Shown piece after piece: positions 27,989 to 36,732 of a stretch of DNA of 39,506 bases. Every line of letters begins with the position of its first letter. The stretch's first letter is position 1. The position numbers and the translations under genes are program-made. Origin of the DNA: Acidimicrobiales bacterium (GTDB lineage Bacteria > Actinomycetota > Acidimicrobiia > Acidimicrobiales > Iamiaceae); contig JAGQSL010000172.1 of assembly GCA_020439525.1 (NCBI GenBank), positions 1 to 39,506 on the forward strand, read 5' to 3'. The notes under the pieces are model-generated. The model had not been told where the DNA came from, did not search any database, and saw only the letters and a list, made by a program, of their open reading frames with translations.

Positions 27989-29568
27989 GGGTTGGCCTCA
28001 TACCAGGCCTCGATCTGCGGTGCGAGGTCCTGCCAGATCCGCTCGGCCACGATGCGCGCCCCCTCCTCGTTGGTGTGCCCACCGTCGATGAAGACGTCTT
28101 GGCGGTCGAGCAGCAGATCGGCGATGTCGATGGTGGGGGCGGTCACCTCCTCGCGCGCCGCCTCGCTCGCCGGGTCGAGGACCCTGGTCGGCTGCCAGTA
28201 GAGGAGCGTCGGAACGCCGTACCGCTCGCTCAGGTCCAGGGTCATCTGCTTGCCCCGCTCGTAGACCCGACCGGCGTCGGTCCCGTCCTGCACCGTGGTG
28301 TCGAAGGTCTCGCCGACCACGTCCGGAGGATCGTCGGCCGGGCTCGCTCCCGCCGGTTCGGACAAGAAGTTGCTGATCTTGTGGATCAGCGAGTGCTCGG
28401 AGTACCGGTACCAGAGGTCCTCGAGGAGCGAGTCGGTGCTGGGCACCGTCTGGAACTGCGTGGCGAAGGTCTTGCCGTCGGCCGCGGCGGCGTCCTGGGG
28501 CACGCCATAGTGCGAGGGCACCGCCTCGGGGACGAGCGATTGCGTGTTGACCTCGTTGATCCCGTCGTAGAAGACCGAGAGGTCCGGTGCACCGACGAGG
28601 GCCAGCTGCTGCTCGTAGAGGATCATCTCCTGGAAGTGGGTCCAGCCTCGCTCGCCGTAGTTGCTGATCTCGATGGGCGTCCCGGCCTCCTCGGCCAACC
28701 GTGCGAGCCACGACGCGATGGTGTACTCGTCGCGCTGGCCCTCGCCCCAGGTGGTGGAGCCGCCGAACATCCACACGACCGGTCGCCCCGACGCGGAACC
28801 ACCGGTTCGGTAGCTGCGCCGGGTCCAGCCGTCGATGTTGACGTACGGGGACCGAAAGGGCACTGGCCGGTACTGGGTGTACGGCCAGTAGATGGACGGG
28901 GTGCGCTGGATGTCCGCGAAGTAGTCGTACCGCCACGGGTAGGCAGCCATGGCCGGGAGATCCGCACGAGGGTCGTACCTGGAGGCGCTCCGGGGTGGCA
29001 CCGGGAAGGTGGTGGTCGTGGACGCGGTGCCGTCGCTGCCTGTGGTGGTCGCGGTCAGGTCGTCGATGGACACCGTGGGTCGGGCGGGATGATCGGTGAC
29101 CCGGTCGAAGCCCCAGCCGACGGCGTAGTTCGCGACCAGGAGGAGGACCAAGCATCCGGCCGACCAGGTCAGCCGGCTCGGCAGGCTCCTCCGCCCAACC
29201 GATAGGGGGGTGTGGCTGCCGAGCGAGCGCGGCGCCGGCGCCACATCAGGGTGGACGGCCCAGCCCCGGTCGTGGCGCTTGCGCTCGAAGGGGTCACGGC
29301 GGACGATCCGACCCCAGGTCCAGGCCGGCCCGATGATCACCACGAACACGACAGCGCCGGAGACGGCGGTCAGCCCCCGTGCCAGCCATCCGACCCCCCG
29401 CTCGACCCAGGTCGCGAGCGGCACGCCGGCGAGGATCAGCAGGGCGGCGACCAGCGCGAACGCAGCGACGACCCCGGCCCGCAGCGGCTGCCCGAGGAGG
29501 GCGAACACGGCGGCGACCGCCACTGGGATGAACACCGGCGCCCAGTGGCGCCTCCCCGGTCCCCTCAT
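27985..29568 (-). CDS. SxtJ-like membrane domain fused to an SGNH/GDSL hydrolase domain
   Basis: N-terminal TMs end in VFVVIIGPAWTWGRIVRRDPF. Thr-rich linker. SGNH block I MFGGSTTWG, block III YDGINE, block V DGGH. Confidence 0.78.
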   Translation of the reverse strand: MRGPGRRHWAPVFIPVAVAAVFALLGQPLRAGVVAAFALVAALLILAGVPLATWVERGVGWLARGLTAVSGAVVFVVIIGPAWTWGRIVRRDPFERKRHDRGWAVHPDVAPAPRSLGSHTPLSVGRRSLPSRLTWSAGCLVLLLVANYAVGWGFDRVTDHPARPTVSIDDLTATTTGSDGTASTTTTFPVPPRSASRYDPRADLPAMAAYPWRYDYFADIQRTPSIYWPYTQYRPVPFRSPYVNIDGWTRRSYRTGGSASGRPVVWMFGGSTTWGEGQRDEYTIASWLARLAEEAGTPIEISNYGERGWTHFQEMILYEQQLALVGAPDLSVFYDGINEVNTQSLVPEAVPSHYGVPQDAAAADGKTFATQFQTVPSTDSLLEDLWYRYSEHSLIHKISNFLSEPAGASPADDPPDVVGETFDTTVQDGTDAGRVYERGKQMTLDLSERYGVPTLLYWQPTRVLDPASEAAREEVTAPTIDIADLLLDRQDVFIDGGHTNEEGARIVAERIWQDLAPQIEAWYEANP

Positions 29569-29578
29569 CGGACCGACA

Positions 29579-29597
29579 CACTAGGGCTGCACTAGGG
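29579..29597 (-). repeat. CACTAGGG direct repeat (11-bp period) overlapping a putative -10 (TAGTGT)
   Basis: Copies at 29579-29586 and 29590-29597. TAGTGT on - (29583-29578) is 9 nt before ATG 29568. Confidence 0.6.
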
Positions 29598-29603
29598 GAG
29601 GGG

Positions 29604-29634
29604 ACCCACCGGGAGCCTTCAGCTCCCGGTGGGT
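29604..29634 (-). terminator. Perfect 13-bp stem-loop at the end of the GT array (terminator or processing hairpin)
   Basis: ACCCACCGGGAGC-(CTTCA)-GCTCCCGGTGGGT. The stop codon of 29619..30794 sits in the loop. No U-tract. Confidence 0.6.
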
Positions 29635-30794
29635 ACCGTGCCGGTGAGGAGGTCGAGGATCGACGATCCGCCCACGATGGGCAGCCAGGGGGCGGGCCTT
29701 CCGGCGGGCAGATGGGAGCGGTCCCGCCCGGCGTCCCGCCCGAAGGTCGCGACCACGGCGTCGGCCATGGCGGCGATGTCCAGGTGCGGCACGGACTGCC
29801 CCTGGTCGGCGTCGACGAGCGGCGGTCGGCCGGGGTCGTCGAACCAGACGACCGGCACGTCCAGCAGGGCCGCCTCCCGGTGCCCGATCGGCTGGTGGTC
29901 CCCGAGCCGGGAGCTGACGAGGACGTCGGCCGCGGCGATCTGGTGCCACGGCCGGCCGTCTCCGGTGTCGATGTGCACCACCGACTCCAGGCCGGCGTGG
30001 CGGATGTCGTGCCGGAGCGGCCACAGCATCCGATCCGTGGCCCCATCGGCCACCCACAGGAACTGCGCGCCGGCCCCGCCATCGCGCCGGACGACCTCCC
30101 AGGCCACGCGGAGGAACGCGTCGGGGACCTGCCACCAGTCGACCGACCCGACCCCGACGGCGAGCGGCGCGTCGGTGGGGATCTGGAGCCGGTCGGCGAG
30201 ATCGCGCCGCACCGAAGCCAGGAAGTCGGCGTCGAGGTCGCCGATGCCGGGGAGGCTCAGCAGGTCGGGCAGGACCACGATCACACCGGGGTCGGCGCCC
30301 GCCTCGACCGCCTGGGTCCGGGCGTCGTCGGAGCCGGCGATCCAGCGGTCCGTCCGCTCGACGAGGATGCGTCGGTCGGCCTCGTCGAGGTGCCCCAGGC
30401 CAGGGCCGGTGGCGTGGAGGTGGGTGACCACCGGGCCGGCATCGGGGCCGAGGCGGTGGAGCAGCCTCGCGGCATCGACGTCCGCCACGTACACCGGGCC
30501 CTGGATCTGGAGGCGCCGCCGCAGCTCGGCCGCCCGCAACGATGCCGCCGGCTTCTGCAGCCCAGCGCGCTGCACCATCCGGGAGACCGACCAGCCGTGG
30601 GGGTCGTAGACGACGCTGGTTCGGGCGACGGCTCGGATCGCTGCTGCTGCGGTTCCGGGGTGCAGGGCCAGCACCTCGAGATCGGGCCCAGCGGACCGGG
30701 TCCGGTACCAGTCCAGGAAGGTGATCGTCGACGACAGGGGCTCGCTGGGCTCCAGCGAGCCCAGCAGGACCTGGATGGGGTCGGGGGTGCTCAT
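29619..30794 (-). CDS. Divergent GT4-like glycosyltransferase (array member 6)
   Basis: ATGA overlap. VVTHLH, VGVGSVDWWQVPD, FLWV, DHQPIGHRE (D-x7-E), VPVVWFD. Confidence 0.75.
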   Translation of the reverse strand: MSTPDPIQVLLGSLEPSEPLSSTITFLDWYRTRSAGPDLEVLALHPGTAAAAIRAVARTSVVYDPHGWSVSRMVQRAGLQKPAASLRAAELRRRLQIQGPVYVADVDAARLLHRLGPDAGPVVTHLHATGPGLGHLDEADRRILVERTDRWIAGSDDARTQAVEAGADPGVIVVLPDLLSLPGIGDLDADFLASVRRDLADRLQIPTDAPLAVGVGSVDWWQVPDAFLRVAWEVVRRDGGAGAQFLWVADGATDRMLWPLRHDIRHAGLESVVHIDTGDGRPWHQIAAADVLVSSRLGDHQPIGHREAALLDVPVVWFDDPGRPPLVDADQGQSVPHLDIAAMADAVVATFGRDAGRDRSHLPAGRPAPWLPIVGGSSILDLLTGTVPTGS

Positions 30795-31966
30795 CGGCGC
30801 TCCAGCCACGGCCCGACGTCGCGCCAGAGCCGTGCTGCCGCGGTCGGGACGTCGTGGCGCTCCGCCACCCGCCGCCGTGCGGTCTCGCCCTGCGTAGTGC
30901 GGGTCTCGTCGTCGCCGCACAGCATGCGGACCACCGCTCCCATCGCCTCCACGTCGGGGAAGTCAACCACAGCGCCCGCGTCGGTCCCGACGAACTCCGG
31001 CATGCCGCCGGCGTCGAAGCACACGATCGGCCGGCCGGCCGCGGCTGCCTCGAGGCAGGCCAGCGGGTAGGCGTCCTCCCGGGCCGTGAGCACGAAGAGA
31101 TCGAACGCCCGCATCCAGGCCTCCGGTCGGTCCGACACCCCGACGAGGTGGAGCCGGTCCGCGATGCCCGCCCGCCGCGCGTCACGACGGATCGCGGCCA
31201 CCTCGGGGAGCGCGTTGTCGACGCCCAGCCAGGCGAAGTGGACGTCGTCGCCGGTGCTCCGGACGGTGCGGGCTGCGAGCTCCACGAACAGGTCTGGACC
31301 CTTGCGCCAGTTGACCACCGCGGTGGTGCCCACCAGCCGGGTGCCGGGATCGACCCCGATCGACCTCCGGAGGTCCGCGACCTCGAGATCGTCGACCCGT
31401 CCGGGCGCGGCGACGTCGATCATCTCGTGGTGCACGTGGATCGCCGCACGCGGCACCCCCCATCGCTCGGCGAGGTTGTCCGCCACCGCCGCAGATGCGG
31501 CGATCCAGTGATCGGGGCGGCCGAAGAGGCGGGTGGCGTCGGGTACGGGCAGGTGGTAGTCCAGCCCCACCTCCAGCTCGTGGATGTGGGCGATGACCGG
31601 GCCGGGATTGTCCGGGAGGTACCGCAGCGCGCGCACGCTCCACGCCGTGTTGATGTAGACGGCCGCGCGGGGGTCGAGGTGGCGCAGGCGGCGCGCCCGC
31701 CAACGGTCGCGGGCGCGCGTCGCCGGCCCGCTGCCCCGTCGCAGGGGCACCGGGTTCGGCTCTCCGACCACCTGCAGGTCCGACACGGCGGCCAGCTCGG
31801 GCGCCAGGTCCCCGCCTTCGAGCGCGAGGACGTGCGGGTGCACGTCCGTGTGGTCCGCCATCCAGCGCAGCAGGTGCAGCAGGTAGATGGGCGGGCCGCT
31901 GCGGTCGGTGGCGTGGCTGAGGAACACCAGGTCGCGGTGGCTGCCGTCGGCGGCCGGCCCGGTCAC
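30791..31966 (-). CDS. Glycosyltransferase family 4 (array member 5)
   Basis: FLSHATDRSGPPIYL, YINT, HIHEL, WRKGPD, REDAYPLACLEAAAAG. GTGA overlap. Confidence 0.9.
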   Translation of the reverse strand: MTGPAADGSHRDLVFLSHATDRSGPPIYLLHLLRWMADHTDVHPHVLALEGGDLAPELAAVSDLQVVGEPNPVPLRRGSGPATRARDRWRARRLRHLDPRAAVYINTAWSVRALRYLPDNPGPVIAHIHELEVGLDYHLPVPDATRLFGRPDHWIAASAAVADNLAERWGVPRAAIHVHHEMIDVAAPGRVDDLEVADLRRSIGVDPGTRLVGTTAVVNWRKGPDLFVELAARTVRSTGDDVHFAWLGVDNALPEVAAIRRDARRAGIADRLHLVGVSDRPEAWMRAFDLFVLTAREDAYPLACLEAAAAGRPIVCFDAGGMPEFVGTDAGAVVDFPDVEAMGAVVRMLCGDDETRTTQGETARRRVAERHDVPTAAARLWRDVGPWLERR

Positions 31967-33132
31967 GAGGCGGCCACGCGGCGCAGGTCGGCGATGAGGC
32001 TCGGCAGGGCGGCGTCGATCGTGTGGCGGGCGGCGGCGTCGCGGGCGACGGCACCCGCCCGATCCCGAAGCCCGGCGTCCTCCGCGTAGCGGATGATGGC
32101 CGCCGCCAGGGCGCCTGCGTCCGGGAACCCGACCACCTCGCCGCCCCCGTCGGCGATCAGTTCGGCGGCACCCCCCGAGTCGAAGGTCAGGATCGGGACG
32201 CCGGCCGCCGCCGCCTCCAGGCACACCAGCGGGTACGCATCCTCTCGAGACGGCAGCACGAACAGGTCGAGCGCCCCGAACCACCGGTCGGGTCGGTCCT
32301 GTTCTGCCGCGTGGTGGACCCGGCCGGGACGACCGGCGGATCGGAGCAGCTGCCCCCAGGGCGTGGCGGCATCGCCGCCGATCCACACGACGTGGACCTC
32401 GGTGGAGGTGGCCGCGAACACCCGCTCGGACACCTCCAGCAGGAGGTCGGGCGCCTTGCGCCAGTCCAGGGTGCCCGACGCACCGACGAGCACCGCGTCG
32501 GGCCCGACGCCCAGGTCGGCTCGATGGCGGGCGCGCTCGCTCGGATCGAGCGGGTCGAACGCGTCGGACGGGACCACGCCGCGGTGGGTCCGGAGCCGTT
32601 CCGGCGCGACCCCGTGGTCGCGGACCAGCGCGTCACCCACCGCGTCGGCCACCACCCAGATCTCGTCGCTGTCCTCCAGCACGCTGCGCAGGAGCTCCGG
32701 CGCCAGCCAGTAGTCCAGGCCGGTGGCCAGCTCGTGCACGTGGCTCACGAGCCGGCGCGGGGCCCGGGGGAGCGCCGCCAGCGCGCGGATGCTCCCGGCC
32801 GTGTTCACCACGACCACGTCGGGGTCCTCGGGCCCGGACGGGGTGGAGCGGCCGGCGGCCACCGAGGCGGCAGCCCGCGACGCGCCGACGCGAGACAGCC
32901 CCGCTGCCGCAGCCCGTCGAGCGCCGGTGAGGGCGCCCGGCGCCACGACCGTGGTCGGGGCAAGGGCTTCGAAGTCGGCGAGGAGCGGACCGCCTTCGAG
33001 CAGCACGACCCGCGGCTCGATCTCGGGGTGGCGGGCCAGCCCCTCGAGGATCCGGAGCAGGTAGATCGGAGGCCCGGTCCGCTCGGCGCCGTGGGCCAGC
33101 CAGGTGACCCGGAGGGGACGATCACCGGTCAC
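31963..33132 (-). CDS. Glycosyltransferase family 4 (array member 4)
   Basis: LAHGAERTGPPIYL, VVNT, HVHEL, WRKAPD, REDAYPLVCLEAAAAG. GTGA overlap. Confidence 0.9.
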   Translation of the reverse strand: MTGDRPLRVTWLAHGAERTGPPIYLLRILEGLARHPEIEPRVVLLEGGPLLADFEALAPTTVVAPGALTGARRAAAAGLSRVGASRAAASVAAGRSTPSGPEDPDVVVVNTAGSIRALAALPRAPRRLVSHVHELATGLDYWLAPELLRSVLEDSDEIWVVADAVGDALVRDHGVAPERLRTHRGVVPSDAFDPLDPSERARHRADLGVGPDAVLVGASGTLDWRKAPDLLLEVSERVFAATSTEVHVVWIGGDAATPWGQLLRSAGRPGRVHHAAEQDRPDRWFGALDLFVLPSREDAYPLVCLEAAAAGVPILTFDSGGAAELIADGGGEVVGFPDAGALAAAIIRYAEDAGLRDRAGAVARDAAARHTIDAALPSLIADLRRVAAS

Positions 33133-34319
33133 CGGACGCCCTGGGGCAGGAACCGGTCGATGACGGCGACGATCCGGTCGACGCCGGGCGCGACGTCGTG
33201 CTCGGCGGCCACGAGCTCGCGGGCCCGGGCGCCGGTCCGCTCCCGTTCGGCGCCGTCGTCGAGCAACCGGGCCAGCGCGTCGGCGAAGGCGACCGTGTCG
33301 GGGTAGGCCACGGTGGTGCCGGCGCCCCGGTCGCACAGGTCGGCGACGCCGCCCGCCCGGAAGCACACGATCGGCAGCCCCGCCGCCGCGGCCTCGAGCG
33401 CAGCCAGGGGCAGCGCGTCCTCCCTGGCGGGCAGGGCGAAGACGTCGAGGGCGTGCAGCAGCCGATCGGGACGGTCGAGGTGGCCCACGTGCCGGAATCG
33501 GTCGGTCAACCCGAGGCGGCGGGCCTCGTCGGCCAACCGCCGGCCGTCGTCCGATGCCGGGTCGCCCCCGATCCACACGACCCAGGGAGCCCGGGCCGCG
33601 CCGCTGCGTTCGAGGAGCGACGCCGCCCGCAGCAGGTGGTCGGGGTCCTTGCGCCAGTCCGGCAGCCCGACCGAGCCGACCACCGCCGCGTCGTCCGGGA
33701 TGCCGAGCTCGGCCCGCACCGTGGCCCGTGGGTCGGGGCGGACGGCGTCGGCGTCGACGAACTCGGCGCACGTGGTGATGCGGTCAGCGGCGATGCCGTG
33801 GCCGTCGCGCAGCAGCGCGGCCACGGGACGCGACGCCGCGATCAGGTGATCGGCGCGCTCGAAGAGGGCGGCGCGCTGGGCTGCCCCGAGGTTGAGGCGC
33901 AGCCCGATGTCGAGCTCGTGCACGTGGACGAGCACGGGAACCGAGGGCTCCGGATCCAGCACCCGGAGGAGGTCCGCCGTGGGAGGCGTGGCGGCGTTGA
34001 CGTAGACCAGGTCGGCGCGGGGCACCCGGCGGAGGGCGCGGCGACGGATGAGGTCCTGGGCCGGCTCGATGGCGGAGGAAGCCCCGACCTGGCGCAGGAG
34101 CGCGGATGTCCGGCGCAGCGGCTGGCGTTCGGTGCCGACCGCGGCGACCTGGGCCGACGCGCGCTCGTACGCCGCCAGCAGCGGGCCGGATCGGGCGGTG
34201 ACGACGCTGAGGTCGTGGCGGTCGAGCCGGTGGAGCCCGTCGAGCAGGTGGCCCAGCAGGATCGGCGGTCCGGTCCGCTCGGCGCCGTGGCCGAGGAACA
34301 GCAGGCGCGGGCGCGTCAT
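33129..34319 (-). CDS. Glycosyltransferase family 4 (array member 3)
   Basis: LGHGAERTGPPILL, YVNA, HVHEL, WRKDPD, REDALPLAALEAAAAG. Confidence 0.9.
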   Translation of the reverse strand: MTRPRLLFLGHGAERTGPPILLGHLLDGLHRLDRHDLSVVTARSGPLLAAYERASAQVAAVGTERQPLRRTSALLRQVGASSAIEPAQDLIRRRALRRVPRADLVYVNAATPPTADLLRVLDPEPSVPVLVHVHELDIGLRLNLGAAQRAALFERADHLIAASRPVAALLRDGHGIAADRITTCAEFVDADAVRPDPRATVRAELGIPDDAAVVGSVGLPDWRKDPDHLLRAASLLERSGAARAPWVVWIGGDPASDDGRRLADEARRLGLTDRFRHVGHLDRPDRLLHALDVFALPAREDALPLAALEAAAAGLPIVCFRAGGVADLCDRGAGTTVAYPDTVAFADALARLLDDGAERERTGARARELVAAEHDVAPGVDRIVAVIDRFLPQGVR

Positions 34320-34393
34320 CGGAGCTGCGGGTCGGGGCGCACCGACGGAGCTTCGCGCACGCGCTCCGGCGGAGCAGGCGGCGACGGGGTCAC
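34316..34393 (-). CDS. Candidate 25-aa bridging micro-ORF (or gene remnant)
   Basis: GAGGAG overlaps the upstream stop, then GTG 34393, MTPSPPAPPERVREAPSVRPDPQLR. Its TGA overlaps the next ATG. Confidence 0.3.
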   Translation of the reverse strand: MTPSPPAPPERVREAPSVRPDPQLR

Positions 34394-34401
34394 CTCGCTC
34401 C

Positions 34402-35547
34402 TCACGCGCCGGCCCCGCGGATCGGGCCGAGCACGGCCTCGTCGAAGCGCGCCGCGTGGACGGCGACGTCGTGGTGGCGGCGGGCCCGGTCTCGTCCGGT
34501 GGCACCCAGGGCCCCTCGCTGCGCGGGGTCGTCGTGCCACGTTGCCAGCTGGGTCGCCATGGCGTCGAGGTCCGGGTACGGGACCAGGGCGCCGGCGCCG
34601 GGCTCGACCAGGGCGCCGATGCCGCCCGAGTCGAAGCAGAGCAGCGGGAGCCCCGCCAGCGCGGCCTCCACCGCGGCCAGGGGGAACGCGTCCTGGCGAG
34701 AGGGGAGGACGAACGCGTCGGCGCTGGCCAGGGTGGCTCGGAGCTCCGGCGTCGGCGGCAGGAAGCGGACTAGGTCGTCGGCATCGAGCAACGCCCGGTC
34801 GACCAGCGCGTCGTGGAGCCGAGCGTCGGCCTCGTCCGCGCCGATCCAACGGAACGCCCACCGGATGTCCGGCCGCCGTCGTCGAGCGGTGGCAGCGAGG
34901 TGCACGAAGAGGTCCGGTCCCTTGCGTCGGTCGGGTACCGCCGCGGCCACCACCACGAAGGCACCGTCCGAGGCCAGGAGCTGGCGCCGAGGGATCAGCG
35001 GGGCCTCCGCTGGCCCGAGCTCCACCCCGTACGGGATGACCTCGACCCGGTCGCGGGCCACCTCGAGCTCCTCGACGAGCATCCGCTCGACCGCGGCGCA
35101 ACCGGCGATGAACCGCTGGCTGGCCAGCAGGGTCGCCAGGGGCTCCGGCTCGAGGATGTCGGCCACGCCGGCAGTCAGCTCGTGGACGATGACCACGACC
35201 CGTGGCGCAGGCTCGGGCAGCCAGGGGAGCGAATGGATGCTCCACGCGGTGTTCACCACGACGAGCGCAAGGTCGTGGAGGTCGGCCAGCTGAGCACGGC
35301 GGGCGAGCACGCGGCCGGGCTCGCCCGCCAGGAGGGTGGGCGATGCCCGGTGCACGTCCGCCGGTTCGCCCACCACGCGGACCTCGGCCAGCTCCTGGAG
35401 CTCGGGGAGCAGTTCGCCGCCGCGCAGGAGGACGATCGTGACGCGGAGGCCTCGAAGGTCCAGGTTCCGCAGGAGCTGGAGCAGGTACACCGGTGGCCCG
35501 GTCCGGTCCGCTGCGTGACCGAGGATGACGACGTGGGGGTCGGTCAT
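34402..35547 (-). CDS. Glycosyltransferase family 4 (array member 2)
   Basis: LGHAADRTGPPVYL, VVNT, IVHEL, DRRKGPD, RQDAFPLAAVEAALAG. ATGA overlap. Confidence 0.9.
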   Translation of the reverse strand: MTDPHVVILGHAADRTGPPVYLLQLLRNLDLRGLRVTIVLLRGGELLPELQELAEVRVVGEPADVHRASPTLLAGEPGRVLARRAQLADLHDLALVVVNTAWSIHSLPWLPEPAPRVVVIVHELTAGVADILEPEPLATLLASQRFIAGCAAVERMLVEELEVARDRVEVIPYGVELGPAEAPLIPRRQLLASDGAFVVVAAAVPDRRKGPDLFVHLAATARRRRPDIRWAFRWIGADEADARLHDALVDRALLDADDLVRFLPPTPELRATLASADAFVLPSRQDAFPLAAVEAALAGLPLLCFDSGGIGALVEPGAGALVPYPDLDAMATQLATWHDDPAQRGALGATGRDRARRHHDVAVHAARFDEAVLGPIRGAGA

Positions 35548-36602
35548 CGCGGCCCTCCCACCAGCCGTTCGAGGAGCTTCGCGACACCGACCGGTCCGGG
35601 GAGGCGGGACGCCGGTTGCGTCACTGCCGCCTCGACGAGGGCGTCGCCGGCCGCGGCGACGTCGCCGAAGGGCAGGAAGCGCCAGCTCCCGTCGATGGCG
35701 AGGTCGGGGGCCGGCCGGGCGCCGAACGCGATGGTGGTGGCACCGTCGCGGTGCGCCCACACCTGGGCTTCGTCGGACGGCTGGCTCGCCCCCGGCCGGT
35801 TGCAGACGGCGACGGCGACGCCTCCGGCGGCCAGGGCCGCGCGGAACCCCGCCTCCTCGTCGCGTGCTTCGACGACCTCGATGAGGTCGAGGACGCCTTC
35901 CTGGCGGAGATCAGCCGCTTCCTCGTCGGGGATCGAGGCACCCACGGGTGCGATCCACCGCACGTGCACCCCGAGCTCACGGAGCTGATCCTGGCGGGTG
36001 GCGAGCGCCCGACCCACGAGATCGATTCCGTGGAGCCGATCGGGCGGGCCCCACGCGAGGACCTCCGGCCTGGCGGGTGGGCGCGGTGGGGCGGGCCGGA
36101 AGCCAGGTTCCCAGCGGTGGCGAGGCTCGTCGCGCAGCGGAGCACAGCGGCGCACCTCGACCTCGGTGGACACCACGACGTGGGGGCCGCCCGAGTCCAC
36201 CGGAGGGATGCCCGTTACGATCGCTGGCGCTGCGAGGTCGTCCGTGGTCGGGAACCAGGCGCGGCGACCCCGGTGCCGGCGGAGCCAGGGGGCGGCGCCC
36301 AGCGCGACCGCCCCGAGCAGGAGCACATCGGAGGTGGCCCGGCGGCGGAGGAACCAGCGGAGCTCGGCATCACCGACCCGGGCGCCGAGACCTGGTGCGC
36401 CGCGGTCCGACGGCCACCGGCGCACCCGCCGATCTCGCACCACGAAGGTCCCTGCTCGCCCGGTCCACCGCTCTTCCACATCTCCTTCGTCCCAGACCAG
36501 GACCTCGGTGCCGGGTTCGGTGACGAGGGCGTCGGCGAGCACGCCGGTGGCTGGTCCGACCTGACCCCCGACGATGATGAGCCGTGGAGCGCCGTCACCC
36601 AT
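35544..36602 (-). CDS. Highly degenerate GT-B-fold protein (array member 1)
   Basis: Collinear traces of the array motifs: LAWGPPDRLHGIDL, VRWIAP, FLPFGDVAAAGDAL. No acidic x7 motif. CACAGT lies 7 nt before the ATG. Confidence 0.6.
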   Translation of the reverse strand: MGDGAPRLIIVGGQVGPATGVLADALVTEPGTEVLVWDEGDVEERWTGRAGTFVVRDRRVRRWPSDRGAPGLGARVGDAELRWFLRRRATSDVLLLGAVALGAAPWLRRHRGRRAWFPTTDDLAAPAIVTGIPPVDSGGPHVVVSTEVEVRRCAPLRDEPRHRWEPGFRPAPPRPPARPEVLAWGPPDRLHGIDLVGRALATRQDQLRELGVHVRWIAPVGASIPDEEAADLRQEGVLDLIEVVEARDEEAGFRAALAAGGVAVAVCNRPGASQPSDEAQVWAHRDGATTIAFGARPAPDLAIDGSWRFLPFGDVAAAGDALVEAAVTQPASRLPGPVGVAKLLERLVGGPR

Positions 36603-36609
36603 GGTGTCC

Positions 36610-36726
36610 ACTGTGGCACGGGGTCCGGCCGGTCTGGGTTTGCTCGAGGGCGTCGCGTGGTGCCCTCGGCCCCGGGGCGGCAGCCGAGGCGCCAGGTAGG
36701 CTGGCGGAGATCGGGGTCGGAAGGGG
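36610..36726. promoter_or_regulatory. Divergent promoter region between the GT array and the radical SAM genes
   Basis: CACAGT on - (36615-36610), TAGGCT on + (36697-36702), and AAGGGG SD-like element at 36721-36726. Confidence 0.4.
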
Positions 36727-36732
36727 AACGAC

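Noticed and set aside
25845-29568. Saxitoxin or Nod-factor biosynthesis
   Set aside because: No sxtA/sxtG-type or nodABC-type genes are in the window; only the carbamoylation sub-module is present, in a glycan context.
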